Source: Octopus bimaculoides (taxonomy: Eukaryota). From it: a stretch of DNA of 53,295 nucleotides. The stretch spans positions 79,296,240 to 79,349,534 of the forward strand of contig NC_068990.1 of the NCBI RefSeq assembly GCF_001194135.2. Direction: 5' to 3'. The notes below the pieces were generated by a model. That model did no database searches and was not told the DNA's origin. It was given only the letters and a program-made list of their open reading frames with translations. Position numbers and translations under genes: made by a program. Positions 10,899 to 24,322 of this stretch are shown piece after piece (position 1 is the first letter of the stretch; each line of letters starts with the position of its first letter).

Positions 10899-11746
10899 NN
10901 NNNNNNNNNNNNNNNNNNNNNNNNNNNNNNNNNNNNNNNNNNNNNNNNNNNNNNNNNNNNNNNNNNNNNNNNNNNNNNNNNNNNNNNNNNNNNNNNNNNN
11001 NNNNNNNNNNNNNNNNNNNNNNNNNNNNNNNNNNNNNNNNNNNNNNNNNNNNNNNNNNNNNNNNNNNNNNNNNNNNNNNNNNNNNNNNNNNNNNNNNNNN
11101 NNNNNNNNNNNNNNNNNNNNNNNNNNNNNNNNNNNNNNNNNNNNNNNNNNNNNNNNNNNNNNNNNNNNNNNNNNNNNNNNNNNNNNNNNNNNNNNNNNNN
11201 NNNNNNNNNNNNNNNNNNNNNNNNNNNNNNNNNNNNNNNNNNNNNNNNNNNNNNNNNNNNNNNNNNNNNNNNNNNNNNNNNNNNNNNNNNNNNNNNNNNN
11301 NNNNNNNNNNNNNNNNNNNNNNNNNNNNNNNNNNNNNNNNNNNNNNNNNNNNNNNNNNNNNNNNNNNNNNNNNNNNNNNNNNNNNNNNNNNNNNNNNNNN
11401 NNNNNNNNNNNNNNNNNNNNNNNNNNNNNNNNNNNNNNNNNNNNNNNNNNNNNNNNNNNNNNNNNNNNNNNNNNNNNNNNNNNNNNNNNNNNNNNNNNNN
11501 NNNNNNNNNNNNNNNNNNNNNNNNNNNNNNNNNNNNNNNNNNNNNNNNNNNNNNNNNNNNNNNNNNNNNNNNNNNNNNNNNNNNNNNNNNNNNNNNNNNN
11601 NNNNNNNNNNNNNNNNNNNNNNNNNNNNNNNNNNNNNNNNNNNNNNNNNNNNNNNNNNNNNNNNNNNNNNNNNNNNNNNNNNNNNNNNNNNNNNNNNNNN
11701 NNNNNNNNNNNNNNNNNNNNNNNNNNNNNNNNNNNNNNNNNNNNNN

Positions 11747-11817
<71 letters not shown>

Positions 11818-13039
11818 TTCCAATTTTCCACAGAAAAATGTAGCTTGTTTGGAGACGGGTGAGAGTTAGTGACAGGGAAGGCATCCAACTATAGAAAATC
11901 TACCTCGTCTAATCCATCCAACCCATGCAAGCATGGAAAAGTGGAAGTGAAAATGATGATGATGATGATGAAGACGACGACGACGATGGCAATGAAGATG
12001 GTGATCCAGCATATGCATGTGAGTTTGTGTATGTGAATGTAGAGAGATTTGATGGGGGGGGGAGTATGTATCAGTGTAAAAGTCTGCTTGTAAGACCAAG
12101 AATCATGAGTTCCTTCTACTGTGCAAGCTGTCCCTACAGCTGCCCTTTTATACTGACAGGGGTTGTAAGGTCAGACACCTGGATGACCTGGAAAAATCCA
12201 TTGTCATCAGCTACCCTACCATTCATGGCCTCCAACTTCTGCCAACAAGAAAATATTTATATGGTAGCTCAACTTGCTAGAAACAGCAGCGAAATGTCAC
12301 TCAAATCACACTCTAACATCTGAGAAACACAGAAACACGGGTTAAGGAGTGGGGGGGAGAGGAGGGAGATAGAAAAGTAAGGAGAATTCTCTGAGATATA
12401 CAGAGAGAGGGAGAGAGAAGAGTATGGGGGTGGAGAAAGATACAAAGATGTATCATTATCATCATCATCATCATCATCCTTTCATTCTCATCACCTGTTC
12501 TGGCCTGGGTTGAATAGCTTGAGAGGATCTGACAGACCCAAGGACTGCATTGTGCTCCAGTATGGGGAGGGGGTGGATACAGGAAGATAAAAAGCTAGGC
12601 AAAAACCTTCTAAAAGATAAAGAGAATCATACAACAGAGAGAGAAGGAAGAAGAGAAGGAAAGAGGGGAGAGAAGGAGGGGAGAGGGGGAGAAAGAAATT
12701 TAGGGAGAGAAAAGGTAAAGAAGGAAAAAATTTAGCAAATTCAGAAAGAATGTTGCAGAGAGAAATTAGGGAAAGAATCTGAAGAAAAGTCTGTAGGAAT
12801 TTTTAAAATGTTCTTTAAGAAGGTGGAGAGAAATTGAATGAGATATAGCTGCTATTTCTAGGAAACCAAAGGACCACATAAAGTTTTCCTCTAACAATCA
12901 AAGGATTATTTTTAAATTTGCAAAGCTGAGTCACAAATTCTTGTACTGAGCACCTTGGACTAAAGGTAAAACTCATGATTTTTGTGGAGTTTGTATAGGA
13001 TAGAATCCATGACATATCTATGTTTGTAATGGTGAAGGT

Positions 13040-13360
13040 GTGTGGCTTAGTGGTTAGGGCATTCGAGTCATGATCGTAAGGTCTTGAGTTCCAGTTCCAG
13101 CAATGTATTGTGTCCTTGAGCAAGACACTTTATTTCACATTGCTCCAATCCAGTCAACACGCAAAAATGATTCGTATCTGAATTTCAAAGAGGTCAGCTT
13201 TGTCACACTTTGTGTCATGCTGAATCCCCCTGAGAACTACATTACGGGTACACGTGTCTGTGGAGTGCTCAGCCACTTGCATGTTAATTTCACGAGTAAG
13301 CTGTTCCGTTGATCAGATCAGCTGGGACCCTCGTTGTCGTAACCAATGGAGTGCCACATA
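13040..13360 (+). mobile_element. SINE family D
   Basis: GTGGCTTAGTGGTTAGGG head and GTGTCCTTGAGCAAGACAC core. Near-colinear with 47160-47425. Confidence 0.7.
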
Positions 13361-16300
13361 TTTGTAGTATGAGATACAGCATGTCTATGTGTGTGGTATA
13401 GGGGTGTGGGTAGTGATTTTCTTCACTACTTCAGGGAGTGACGACCCTGTCTGACACAAGTCCCAGGCTCAGCTGGCTCCGGCTGACAGTACCCAGTATG
13501 GGCCCCTATCCAGGGTTATGGAAAGGAGACAACCTTCAAAGAAATCTGAAGTGAAGCCCCATAGGCAGTTTAGTGTTTGACTCAACACTCTTCCGGCAGC
13601 TCCTGCAACCAAGCTGGTGCCAAACGTAATGCTCTGCACTCCTTTGGACTACGTCAGCAAGGTCAAGAGAGGAATCCTGACGATTGAGCTACCCAGGATT
13701 TTCTTACATCTAGCCCAGGCCTGCGCAAAACTGGAGAGGAAACTGGAGAGGACATGAAATGTAAAAACCAGACTGGATTAGTTTATGCGCAACTCCATTG
13801 TCTCCCGAGACAAAAGGATGCCAACAACAACAACAGGATATAGTACATGTGGTATAAGATATAGTGTGGTGTTGTGAATTTAGTCTGTTGCTGCACTAAT
13901 TCACAGCCTGGTCAACATGACCAGCCACCATCCTATCTTTTTGCTACCATTACAAGAGGAGTGGAAATCTTGGGAGGTATAAGCACCAGTTCTACTGTTA
14001 TACTGGTTAGTTAACTTTGTAACTAGTTAAATATTGGTTTCAGATCTTGGCACAAGGCCAGAAATTTGGGGTTAGTTGATTACATTGACCCCAGAGTTCA
14101 ACTGGTACTTATATTATCAACCCTGAAAGGATGAAAGCTAAAGTCGATCTTGGCAGCATTTGAACCCAGAACATAAAGTCAGAAGTAACGCCACTCAGCA
14201 TCTTTTCTGGTGCATTGATGATGCTGCCATGTGACAGCCTTATAAATAACTAATTAAATATTTAATTAAATACAACTGACAGCCTTATAATTAATTAAAT
14301 ATTAATTTGCAAATAGAGTATCAGAAATCTGACCTGCAAGGCTTCATCGAACTCAGAGCAAATTCTGAAGATGATCCACAGTCCAGTCTATGGTCAAGAA
14401 CTAGTAATGTCAATGCCCAGTACTGCTGCCATCTGCCACACAGTAAAGGAATCGATTGCAGAGAATCTAAAAGTGGGTGGGGAGGAGGACTAGTCAATGT
14501 GCAAAATTATACAAGTTTCCCATCTCTAACTTAACCACATCATCTCCTGACTCGATTCCTCCTCAAATTTCATGCAAAATCCTTGCATTTATTCTTGCAC
14601 TACACAGGTGCATCTGCAAAATTCAACCAAAGTTGGTATCAACCACTGAAGGAGGTCTTCAATGACCCTCACCACTGTCCATACTCCTTTCACTAATAAA
14701 CAGTTGAAACAGCACAGAAGTATCATTTTAGTGTCTTTCATTCCCATATTTCGGTTAAAATACACTCTCTTTGTCTCAGTGAATTTTGAAAATAATGAAG
14801 AATTTAGTCAAAAATAACTTTGTTGTTATGAAGCTGGTGTTTGGAACATAAATTAACGTGAATTTTGAAAGAAGGTTTTAATTTAAAACAAGAAAATGGT
14901 ATTACAGAGGCAGAGGTGGTCACATGTGGGTTGATACCAAAATGGTTAAGAACACAATTTTCATTATTTCTTAATGAAACAGTCTAATGATGAAGGATAA
15001 AATATTTTATTACATTTCTGAAAACCAGTTAGTGACATAATTCTACTGCATTCATCATTAAAATTAAATTTTAAAAACAGTTGAACACTAAAGATTAATT
15101 AGTTACTTCTAACGAGCTTCTATGAACTCAGGTCAACAACAGACATGAGATAAACGATCATCTAAAACGGTAGATTTTGATGTGTATGTGTGTGTGTGTG
15201 TGTGTATGTGTGGTGAGGTAGAGTGAGGGAATCTGGAAGAAAGGTGAATTAGTAGAATGTTTGATAACCTGTTGGGAAGAAACCAGAAAAATGAACAGTT
15301 AGAGATGATGAGGTTAACATCAGCTGAAGAGAAACAAACTAGCACTGAGGTATTAAAAGACTTTCATGAGTCGTGTCACAAGAATTGGCAGATGACAACA
15401 GTTGTCACATATTTCAAAGCGTACTCATTGTGTTGTAGCAGTCATTTCCATTTGCCACATGGCTTGGCCAAATAAAATAAATCTATTTTACTAAACAGTG
15501 ACCTACATAAGCCACATTGCGACTGGACTGAGCTGCAGAGGTATTTCAATTATTTTGTATTCTATCACAGGAAGCTGTATTGTAATGTAGACGTGACACA
15601 GAACCCCATTGGCCCCAGCGACAGTAGCAGAGGTAATTAGATGCTAATGGCTTAATGATTGATTCATTGAACTAGAGACACCTATAACACTGTGATAGCT
15701 ATGATTTCTGATACTGGGTGGGTGTCTTGGCTCAGAAACTGAATTCCTGTTTACCTGGTAAGAAAATTACCAGTTTAACAGGTAAAATTGAAGAACACCT
15801 CACTAATGATTCGCTGAGTTAATTAGAAAGAGTTAGGAGGGACACAACACTGAAGCCAAATCCAGAATTGATCATTGCCAAAATAATGGTTTTTTTGAGA
15901 CTCTGTGGAATTGGTTGTACAAGAGTTGTGCTTTCTGACTAAACCTTAACATCTACCGTCAAATATATTCCTGATAACAAACAATTGCATTGAATTACTT
16001 GATTATTTGCCAATGAAATTAAAGAGGTCACATGACAATATTTACTTTCTGTTTTTTTATGATTCCAATGATTTATATAAAAAATGACATTTTTTATATT
16101 CAATGAGAAAAGTTGGCCACAACATAAACAGCAATTTTTCTCAGAACTAACGAGATATTCTTGTATGATGAGAGAAAAACATCTAACATTAATTATGTTT
16201 CTGTGAATAGAGTTAACTAATAACTCATTAGTAGTAATAACATTAATTAGTTTTGATCATAATTAGTCTCCATCAGTGTCACTAAATAAAGTACACATTT

Positions 16301-17827
16301 GGTGAAAGAATTAGTCAAATGAAGAACACACCAAGAAGAGGGACCCCTACCTGTTGGTGCCATAAAAACTCCTATGGTTTATCCAATTGTCTAAATCTTG
16401 CTTAATCCCACTAAATCATGTTATTAATCTCATCTACATTAATACCATCATTAGTAATAATCTGGGAATTACATCTTTAAATAAGGATCTAAAATTCAGA
16501 TTTGCTGAAAACATGTTTTCTACTACAGGCGTACAACTTTGTAATTCCTGTTTGTCAATGAAACATGTGCAATGGTGAATAAATAAAATCAAAAAATGAA
16601 AATTCTTCTGTTTTGAAATCATTTCTTTACAGAAAATATTTTCCAGTATTATGAACTCTTCTTAAGTGTGTGTCACACAAACATAATGTCTACAGATTTG
16701 GAATATACTGGAATTAGGAGATGTGCTTCAAGAGGACACAGTTTGGATTTGAACCCTATACACATATGTAAGGATCCCCAATTCACATTGTCAGGATGAA
16801 AGCTTCAATAATGATGAATTAAACACTGATTGTGCTCCAATAAATATAAACTGTATTCCATGTATTTTCTGCTGTTCGTAACTGCATGTGTATACAGATG
16901 TATGTGTGGGTGTATATATACACTGACACACATGCACATTAACACATTCACATAGTTTCCCCCCTAACTTTAAATCTTTATAGTCATCCCTAATAATCCT
17001 GAGTAGACAGACTCTGATATTCTCTCGACTCTAAACTTCTTTTTCAGATACAAAAAGACTCAGAACAAATAAGAGTCACCAGAACACTCAGACTTTCTTT
17101 TAACATCCTAAATGAAGACAGTATATTCTAGATGAAAGAATCAAAACGAGGAATTTGTCACTAGGGCTGAATAATAAACCATTATTTAGTTCCTGACTTT
17201 AAACAAAAAAAAAAAAGCTTAAAATTTGATCTTTGGAACTTTGGTTTTTCACAGACAATTGTGAGTCTGTTTTTTTTTTTGTTATACTTTCTTCAACCCA
17301 AACCTCTGCATTGTTATCAATGCCCTCTTCAAATTACCAAATTACAATTGTTTCAGTTTTTAATAGTTTGAACCCAGACTACAATTGTCAACAAAACATT
17401 TTCTAATCAATGCTCCACAAACCATTTTTTACAGAACAAATTGATTCTTAGTTTTGTTTCATGTTGGTTTTTTGGGGGTTTTTTTGATAACTGGAAGACA
17501 CCAAACTACTTCCTCCTATGACAAACTAAAACAAAACCAGTTTTAGTCCCAAATGAAATATACTGTAAATGTGTTTCACTTTCTGTTTAAAATATTCAAG
17601 AAATTGAAAGAATTTAGTGAAATAATTTCCCAGTCATTAAATTGATGTTTGGAACTTAACAAACGGTCCCTGCAAAGAACTGTAATAAAAGGGATCAACT
17701 TAAATGTACCCATTGTATCATAGAACCAAAAGCAGTCTCAGTCAGCTTCAGCATGAACAGTTTTTGTTTTTTTAACTGATGGAAAATTAAGTCTATTATC
17801 ATTATTATTATTATTATTATTATTATT

Positions 17828-18012
17828 GCCTTTGCATAGCTTCTAACGCTGGAGATGTACTACGGTGTCAGCTGTTCACTACCAGTGAACTAAGGTAACA
17901 CCTATTTTTCGAGCACCTTCCGGAGTATTCGAGCACCTTCCGGAGTATTCGAGCAGGTTCCAAGCAGAGCTGTTTTCTGCAAGTGCTCCACCCTTATTGC
18001 AGCCCCTATTTG
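17828..18012 (-). mobile_element. 3' end of an R4/Dong-like RLE non-LTR retrotransposon embedded in (TAA)n
   Basis: Minus strand encodes ...EHLQKTALLGT..ARILRKVLEK*. Flanked on both sides by (ATT)n. Internal 20-bp tandem duplication. Confidence 0.65.
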
Positions 18013-18045
<33 letters not shown>

Positions 18046-18046
18046 T

Positions 18047-18435
18047 AAGGTGGAGAACTGGCAGAATTGTTAACACACCAGACGAAATATTTAGCAACAT
18101 TTCTTCTGGCTCTCTTCATTCTGAGAGAAAATTCCACCAGGGTCAACTTTACCTTTCATCCTTTCAGGGTCGATAAATTAAGTACCAGTGAAACATTGGG
18201 GTCAATGTAATCGACTAGTCCCTTCCCCCTGGGAGAATCATTACTATGTCAGATAAAATGCCTAGTAGCATTTCATTTATCTTTATGTTCCAAGTTCAAA
18301 TTCTGCCAAGGCCAATTTTGCCTTTCATCCATTCAGGGTCGATAAAATAAGTACCAGTTAAGCACTACGGTCCCTGGGCTCGATCATCCTCCTCCCCCAA
18401 TAATTTCAGGTTTGGTGCCAAGAGTCAAAAGGAAT
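18047..18435 (+). mobile_element. Two tandem SINE family B copies
   Basis: Core TTTCATCC.TTCAGGGTCGATAAA.TAAGTACCAG occurs twice (~18150-18190 and ~18320-18360). Confidence 0.65.
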
Positions 18436-18859
18436 ATTATTTCCCCCCTTTTTTCTTTTTTCTATCCTTTGTTATTATATGGGTTTCAGTCACTGAACTA
18501 CAGTCACGCTGGGGCCAAAAGTTATACAACATTAGTATTACCGAAATATGTAAGACTGGACTTCCATAAATGTACCAATGGCTATGAGAATCAACATTAT
18601 CAATTCTATATGAATTGCATTGCCATTATTCATAGTCACTGCCCCTCATTCTGGGGCAAATTTATACTATCGTTAAATTTTGGGGGTCATTTCATGTGGA
18701 ACATTCAAGGAGAGATTTTCATCAATCTTTCCAAGAATTTATTTCCATTCCTCAGTTCTTATTAAACAAATTCATGATAACAAAGCACAAGTTTCAAGAA
18801 TATGGAATACAAAACAGGTGTGAAAATATGAAGAACTGTTATATAAATGATGAAAATAT

Positions 18860-19002
18860 ACATATATATATATAGTTACATGGTTACATACATATATATA
18901 TGTGTATATATTTGTGAGGGAATACGTGCGTATATATACATATGTATATATAAACATACATAATTATTTATAATTGTGTGTATATATATATATAATTGTG
19001 TG

Positions 19003-19043
<41 letters not shown>

Positions 19044-19387
19044 GTATGTGTGTGTGTATATATATATATATATATACATACATATGTATACTTACATATA
19101 TATATATACATATACATATATATATACATACACACACACACACATACACATATATACATATAAAATTATGTATAGTTATATATATATATATAAATACGGG
19201 CATCTATATATNNNNNNNNNNNNNNNNNNNNNNNNNNNNNNNNNNNNNNNNNNNNNNNNNNNNNNNNNNNNNNNNNNNNNNNNNNNNNNNNNNNNNNNNN
19301 NNNNNNNNNNNNNNNNNNNNNNNNNNNNNNNNNNNNNNNNNNNNNNNNNNNNNNNNNNNNNNNNNNNNNNNNNNNNNNNNNNNNNNN

Positions 19388-19423
<36 letters not shown>

Positions 19424-19445
19424 CACATATTTATATATACATAAA
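18860..19445. repeat. Compound (TA)n/(TG)n microsatellite around an N-gap; representative of many in the window
   Basis: Direct reading. This tract produces the IYIY ORFs. Confidence 0.95.
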
Positions 19446-19552
19446 ATTACTATCTAGCCAAAAAGAAAAAGAGATGCAAATAAAAAGAAAGAAAAAATAG
19501 AAAATGTGGGCTTGGTGTTTCACCGGGCCCAAGAGGATTAATGTACACTTAC

Positions 19553-19652
19553 TGAATCTCGTCAGTCAAGGCACCTAACTGTTGCCGCAGGGCACATGCC
19601 TCATCTCTCTGGGCCTTAGATTCGGCCTGAAGTTGTCGACAGTGTTCCGACG
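19553..19652 (-). CDS. MLXIPL-like: Mondo-like gene, helix 2 end and leucine zipper exon
   Basis: Acceptor ccctattgtAG|CG completes G|CG = Ala from the previous exon. Donor ATTCA|GTaagt. 100 nt, (A)SEHCRQLQAESKAQRDEACALRQQLGALTDEI, with an L-Q-L-L heptad pattern. Confidence 0.9.
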
Positions 19653-21389
19653 CTACAATAGGGAGACGAGTCAGAATTTTGGGTAAGGGCTGTCCCCTGA
19701 GTACAGGGGACCCATCGTGTACCATACGCAAGGTGCCCATTGACGATAATTGCCTTTATTGAATATTAAACAATTAACTATTGCTACTATTACAATTATT
19801 ATTACTACTACTACTACCACTACTACTACTACTACCACTACTACTGCTACTAATTGACTAATTAAAGTCTATTATTGTTAATACACCTCCTCATGTGACC
19901 ATCAAATAGTATAATGAGGTGATTAGAATAATATATTCATATTTATGCAGTTTTTCAGTAAACAATTCCTGAAATTAAAAAGGTTTTTTTTTTATTCTGA
20001 ACATCTCTGCCCTCACCATGACTTTCATAGAATTTTTCTCTTTAATGTTGAGCTTTGAAATCTCAAAAACATAAAAGCTTCTTTTTCTTTTTTACTTCAA
20101 GAATTCCACACTGCTATCTAATGAAATTCCCTGTTGAAAGTTTCAATAATTTTCACATTATGATCTTAAAAAATTGCATTTGAAGAACATAAGAAATTCC
20201 ATGTCAACTTTGNNNNNNNNNNNNNNNNNNNNNNNNNNNNNNNNNNNNNNNNNNNNNNNNNNNNNNNNNNNNNNNNNNNNNNNNNNNNNNNNNNNNNNNN
20301 NNNNNNNNNNNNNNNNNNNNNNNNNNNNNNNNNNNNNNNNNNNNNNNNNNNNNNNNNNNNNNNNNNNNNNNNNNNNNNNNNNNNNNNNNNNNNNNNNNNN
20401 NNNNNNNNNNNNNNNNNNNNNNNNNNNNNNNNNNNNNNNNNNNNNNNNNNNNNNNNNNNNNNNNNNNNNNNNNNNNNNNNNNNNNNNNNNNNNNNNNNNN
20501 NNNNNNNNNNNNNNNNNNNNNNNNNNNNNNNNNNNNNNNNNNNNNNNNNNNNNNNNNNNNNNNNNNNNNNNNNNNNNNNNNNNNNNNNNNNNNNNNNNNN
20601 NNNNNNNNNNNNNNNNNNNNNNNNNNNNNNNNNNNNNNNNNNNNNNNNNNNNNNNNNNNNNNNNNNNNNNNNNNNNNNNNNNNNNNNNNNNNNNNNNNNN
20701 NNNNNNNNNNNNNNNNNNNNNNNNNNNNNNNNNNNNNNNNNNNNNNNNNNNNNNNNNNNNNNNNNNNNNNNNNNNNNNNNNNNNNNNNNNNNNNNNNNNN
20801 NNNNNNNNNNNNNNNNNNNNNNNNNNNNNNNNNNNNNNNNNNNNNNNNNNNNNNNNNNNNNNNNNNNNNNNNNNNNNNNNNNNNNNNNNNNNNNNNNNNN
20901 NNNNNNNNNNNNNNNNNNNNNNNNNNNNNNNNNNNNNNNNNNNNNNNNNNNNNNNNNNNNNNNNNNNNNNNNNNNNNNNNNNNNNNNNNNNNNNNNNNNN
21001 NNNNNNNNNNNNNNNNNNNNNNNNNNNNNNNNNNNNNNNNNNNNNNNNNNNNNNNNNNNNNNNNNNNNNNNNNNNNNNNNNNNNNNNNNNNNNNNNNNNN
21101 NNNNNNNNNNNNNNNNNNNNNNNNNNNNNNNNNNNNNNNNNNNNNNNNNNNNNNNNNNNNNNNNNNNNNNNNNATATTTATATATATATATTTATATATA
21201 GGCGAAACAGTTGTGTGCTGAGGGTGTCTCTGAATGCTGGAGTTGATGTCTCATCAGGCTGTAAAACAGCTCTGCAGGTGTTTCAGCCTCTTCCACTGTG
21301 CCACTTCCACTGCCCAGTGTCACCCAGTGATGTACAACAGCACAAGCTTTGTTGAGTGAAACATTGTGACTCTGGGCCTGAGCATGTTT

Positions 21390-22480
21390 CTACCATCCTC
21401 ATTCCGGTGGCACTTACTCCTCTCTCTTCAGCCAAATGTAATAGTTTGCTTTCTCAGTGGCTTCTGACAATTTTCTGCCAAAATCTTTTCTTTCTTTTGC
21501 AATTAGTCCAAGACACTTGAGCCCCAGGTGAACCCTGGTTCCAACAACTCCACTAATACCTTATCTCTACAGGAAGGTATTGTGTCTCCCATCCATTGTT
21601 TTTACAGAATTCACCCAACTAATTATATTTACTGTCTTTCCAGAAGAAAGCATTTTCAATCTTTGCTTCCCAGAGAATCTTTACCAGCTTCTGTTAATTG
21701 CACCAAAAGACAATGTTGGGCTCTTTTATGGTGAGAAGTGATATTTCCCATCAAGGTTCACAGAGACTACCCAAGTTCCCTTCCAAACCATTTTGAGTTA
21801 TATTCTTTCCCTTACAATGGCTGGCTTCCAGGGTTCACTATCCCTACAAACCTCTGTCTTCCCATGCTCCACCATTGGGTTGTGCTGTTGTGTATCTGTG
21901 TTCCAGATGTAGATGAGACACATAGAGAGTATGTGTCTCAATTCAATCTTCCCATATTTGCACAAACCGTTTGCTTCTTTCTTCCAAGACTTTAGCTTTA
22001 CAGAACCAGAAAGCATGTCACAGAGAACGCAAATCAGAAAACTGATGCAGGCTGGCTCCGATGACCAAACTTCTTTCCATCCTTACCTTTCACCTTACTC
22101 CCAAATAGTACCCTGTCCTTGTTGGCCATATCATACTAATTACATATAATGGCGTTTTGGCCCCTTCTTTCTTCACCTGGGTGCTTACTGCACTTCTCTT
22201 CTCCTTGTTCATGCTACGTCATGGTTTAAACTCATTGTTTCCAAGTCCTTCCCAAGCGCATGCATCTGGCCCAGTATATCCCTACATTCTAAGGACACCA
22301 CAAACTTCTCTGTTCCTTAGATGCTATCCACTTTCTTGCAGTCCTTATTTCTCAAGGGGGTGAATGGATGATGCAGTTGGTTGAATGGTGCTGCATCATT
22401 AACATTCATGCCTTACCACATTTGTACAGCTCAACTTTTGAGGGGATTCGTATCTCCAGTGGACCTTCATTCCTGTACAA
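21390..22480 (-). pseudogene. Decayed HERO-like (RLE) non-LTR retrotransposon 3' region
   Basis: Broken frames give WKEVWSSEPACISFLICVLCDMLS, LRHILSMC (CCHC knuckle remnant), EPNIVFW...KDSKY..LGEFCKNNGWETQYLPVEI (RLE remnant) and SEATEKANYYIWLKRE. Many stops and frameshifts. Confidence 0.65.
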
Positions 22481-22483
22481 AGC

Positions 22484-22528
<45 letters not shown>

Positions 22529-22799
22529 ATGTGTGTGTGTGTCTTCCCCATGATTTGACAATAGTACACTAATTGTACTCAAGGTGTCCCTATCTACCAA
22601 TGTGATATCCAGCATATTCTCCTATAAACCTTCAGTGTGTGGGTCAACCAGTGAACTTGCTTGGCATTGCAAGTCCCGACACCCAGATGATCATTATTTC
22701 ATCATCACTGACCCATATATATATATATATATATATAAATATCTGTTAGGAGACACAGATGATGATGATGATGATATATATATATATATATATATATAG

Positions 22800-23880
22800 G
22801 CAATAACAGAGGAATTCAAGATGGGCTGCCTCTGGGAGCTCCTCTATGCTGATGACCTTGTTCTAATAGCTGAGTCACTGCCAGAACTAGAGACGAAGTT
22901 TAGGGTGTGGAAGCAAGGTCTAGAATCGAAGGGCCTTAGGATTAACCTAGCAAAAAACAAAGTCCTAATAAGTAGGAAGGCTATCAAATCACAAATCCCT
23001 TCAGATAGATGGCCCTTTTCGATCTGTTAAATAGGAGTAGGTAGAAACTCTATCGGATATACCCAGTGTAAGCTATGGACACATAAAAGGTGCAGCAATA
23101 TCAAAGGAAGGCTAACCGGGAAGATAGTTTTGTGTGTGGCAGATGCATAAGGGCAATAAACATTGAAGATGTACAGAAAATAGATTTNNNNNNNNNNNNN
23201 NNNNNNNNNNNNNNNNNNNNNTTAATAGCTTCCACTACCTAGGCATCCATGTTTGTAGTGGGGGTGGTTGCTCTGAGAGTGTAGCAGCTAGAATAAGAAT
23301 AGCCTGGGCAAAGTTCAGGGAGCTCCTACCTCTGCTAGCAACTAGAGGCCTCACGCTCAGGGTGAAAGGTAGACTAATGATGCATGTGTGTGAACTGCCA
23401 TGCTACATGGCAGTGAAACAGAGGCCATGACTGCTGAGGACATGCATAGGCTTGAAAGAAATTAAGCTAGTATGATCTGCTGGATGTGTAATTTTAGTGT
23501 GCATACACGACAAAGTTTAAGTGCCTTGAGAGAAAAGTTGGACAAAAGAAGCATCAAATGTGGTGTGCAAGAGAGACGACTGCGTTGGTATGGTCATGTG
23601 TTACATATGGATGAGGACAGCCGTATGAGGAAGTGCCACACCTTAACTGTAGAAGAAACGTATGGAAGAGGTAGACCCAGGAAGAGATGGGATGAGGTGG
23701 TGAAGCATGACCTTCAAACATTGGGCCTCACAGAGGCAATGACAGGAAACCAAGACTATTGGAGATATGCTGTGATTGAGAAGACCCGGCAACTAAAGTG
23801 AGATCACAGCCATGCATGTCCGGCCCGGTTAAGAGTACCCCTGATGCATCGGGCGATATGATATGCTTGAGAAGACCTGT
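22800..23880 (+). pseudogene. 5'-truncated RTE-clade LINE: RT C-terminal part with a PHD-like insert
   Basis: LLYADDLVLIAES (RT catalytic YADD), SFHYLG, ARIRIAWAKFRELLPLL and ERRLRWYGHVLHMDE...GRGRPRKRW. Stops, frameshifts and an N-gap. Confidence 0.85.
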
Positions 23881-24102
23881 TGAAGACCTGTTGAGTTTGT
23901 GTTTTGTCATGGAGAAAATTTCTCACTGTAGACAGAGAGGTGTAAATAGACTGAGTCAGCTTGCAGTGTCATCTAACCAGACTGTGTCCATGTAACCCAA
24001 GTGGAACAGCTTTCTTACAGACTCAAATATTTGAACTGGTAACAAGTTTGTATTTAATCTTTATCTTTTCCAAATAAATTATTTTGCTTTTCCTTTATTC
24101 AT

Positions 24103-24322
24103 CCCTTTAGCATTTAAACCATCCATATCTGGCCTAAACACTCTACCTGTTTCATGTCCAAAATGGTCAGATCTGACCTGTCACACCAACCTTACAGTGT
24201 CATTGTGAAAATAAACAATCACATCATTGAAATCTTAATGTCATAAGATAAACCATGATTAATTCAAAACAATGTGAATATTCAAGAATTACATTTGACA
24301 GAGTAATCTGAACACTGCAGGG
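24103..24322. mobile_element. piggyBac-like MITE, inverted sister of 6559-6778
   Basis: CCCTTTAGCATT...GCAGGG|TTAA. Same 220-bp length, internal reverse-complement similarity. Confidence 0.55.

Noticed and set aside
11925-12323. 132-aa ORF with poly-Asp
   Set aside because: The poly-Asp comes from a SINE (GAT)n tail and the rest has no recognisable domain.
14325-14470. Candidate for the missing DCD exon
   Set aside because: The phase-compatible frame (QFSAIDSF...) hits a stop before a donor, and the WQQYW-containing frame is out of phase.
15740-15830. Candidate missing exon (HESLVRCSSILPVKL)
   Set aside because: Only faint similarity to CQQQLP, no NWKFW segment and weak splice sites.
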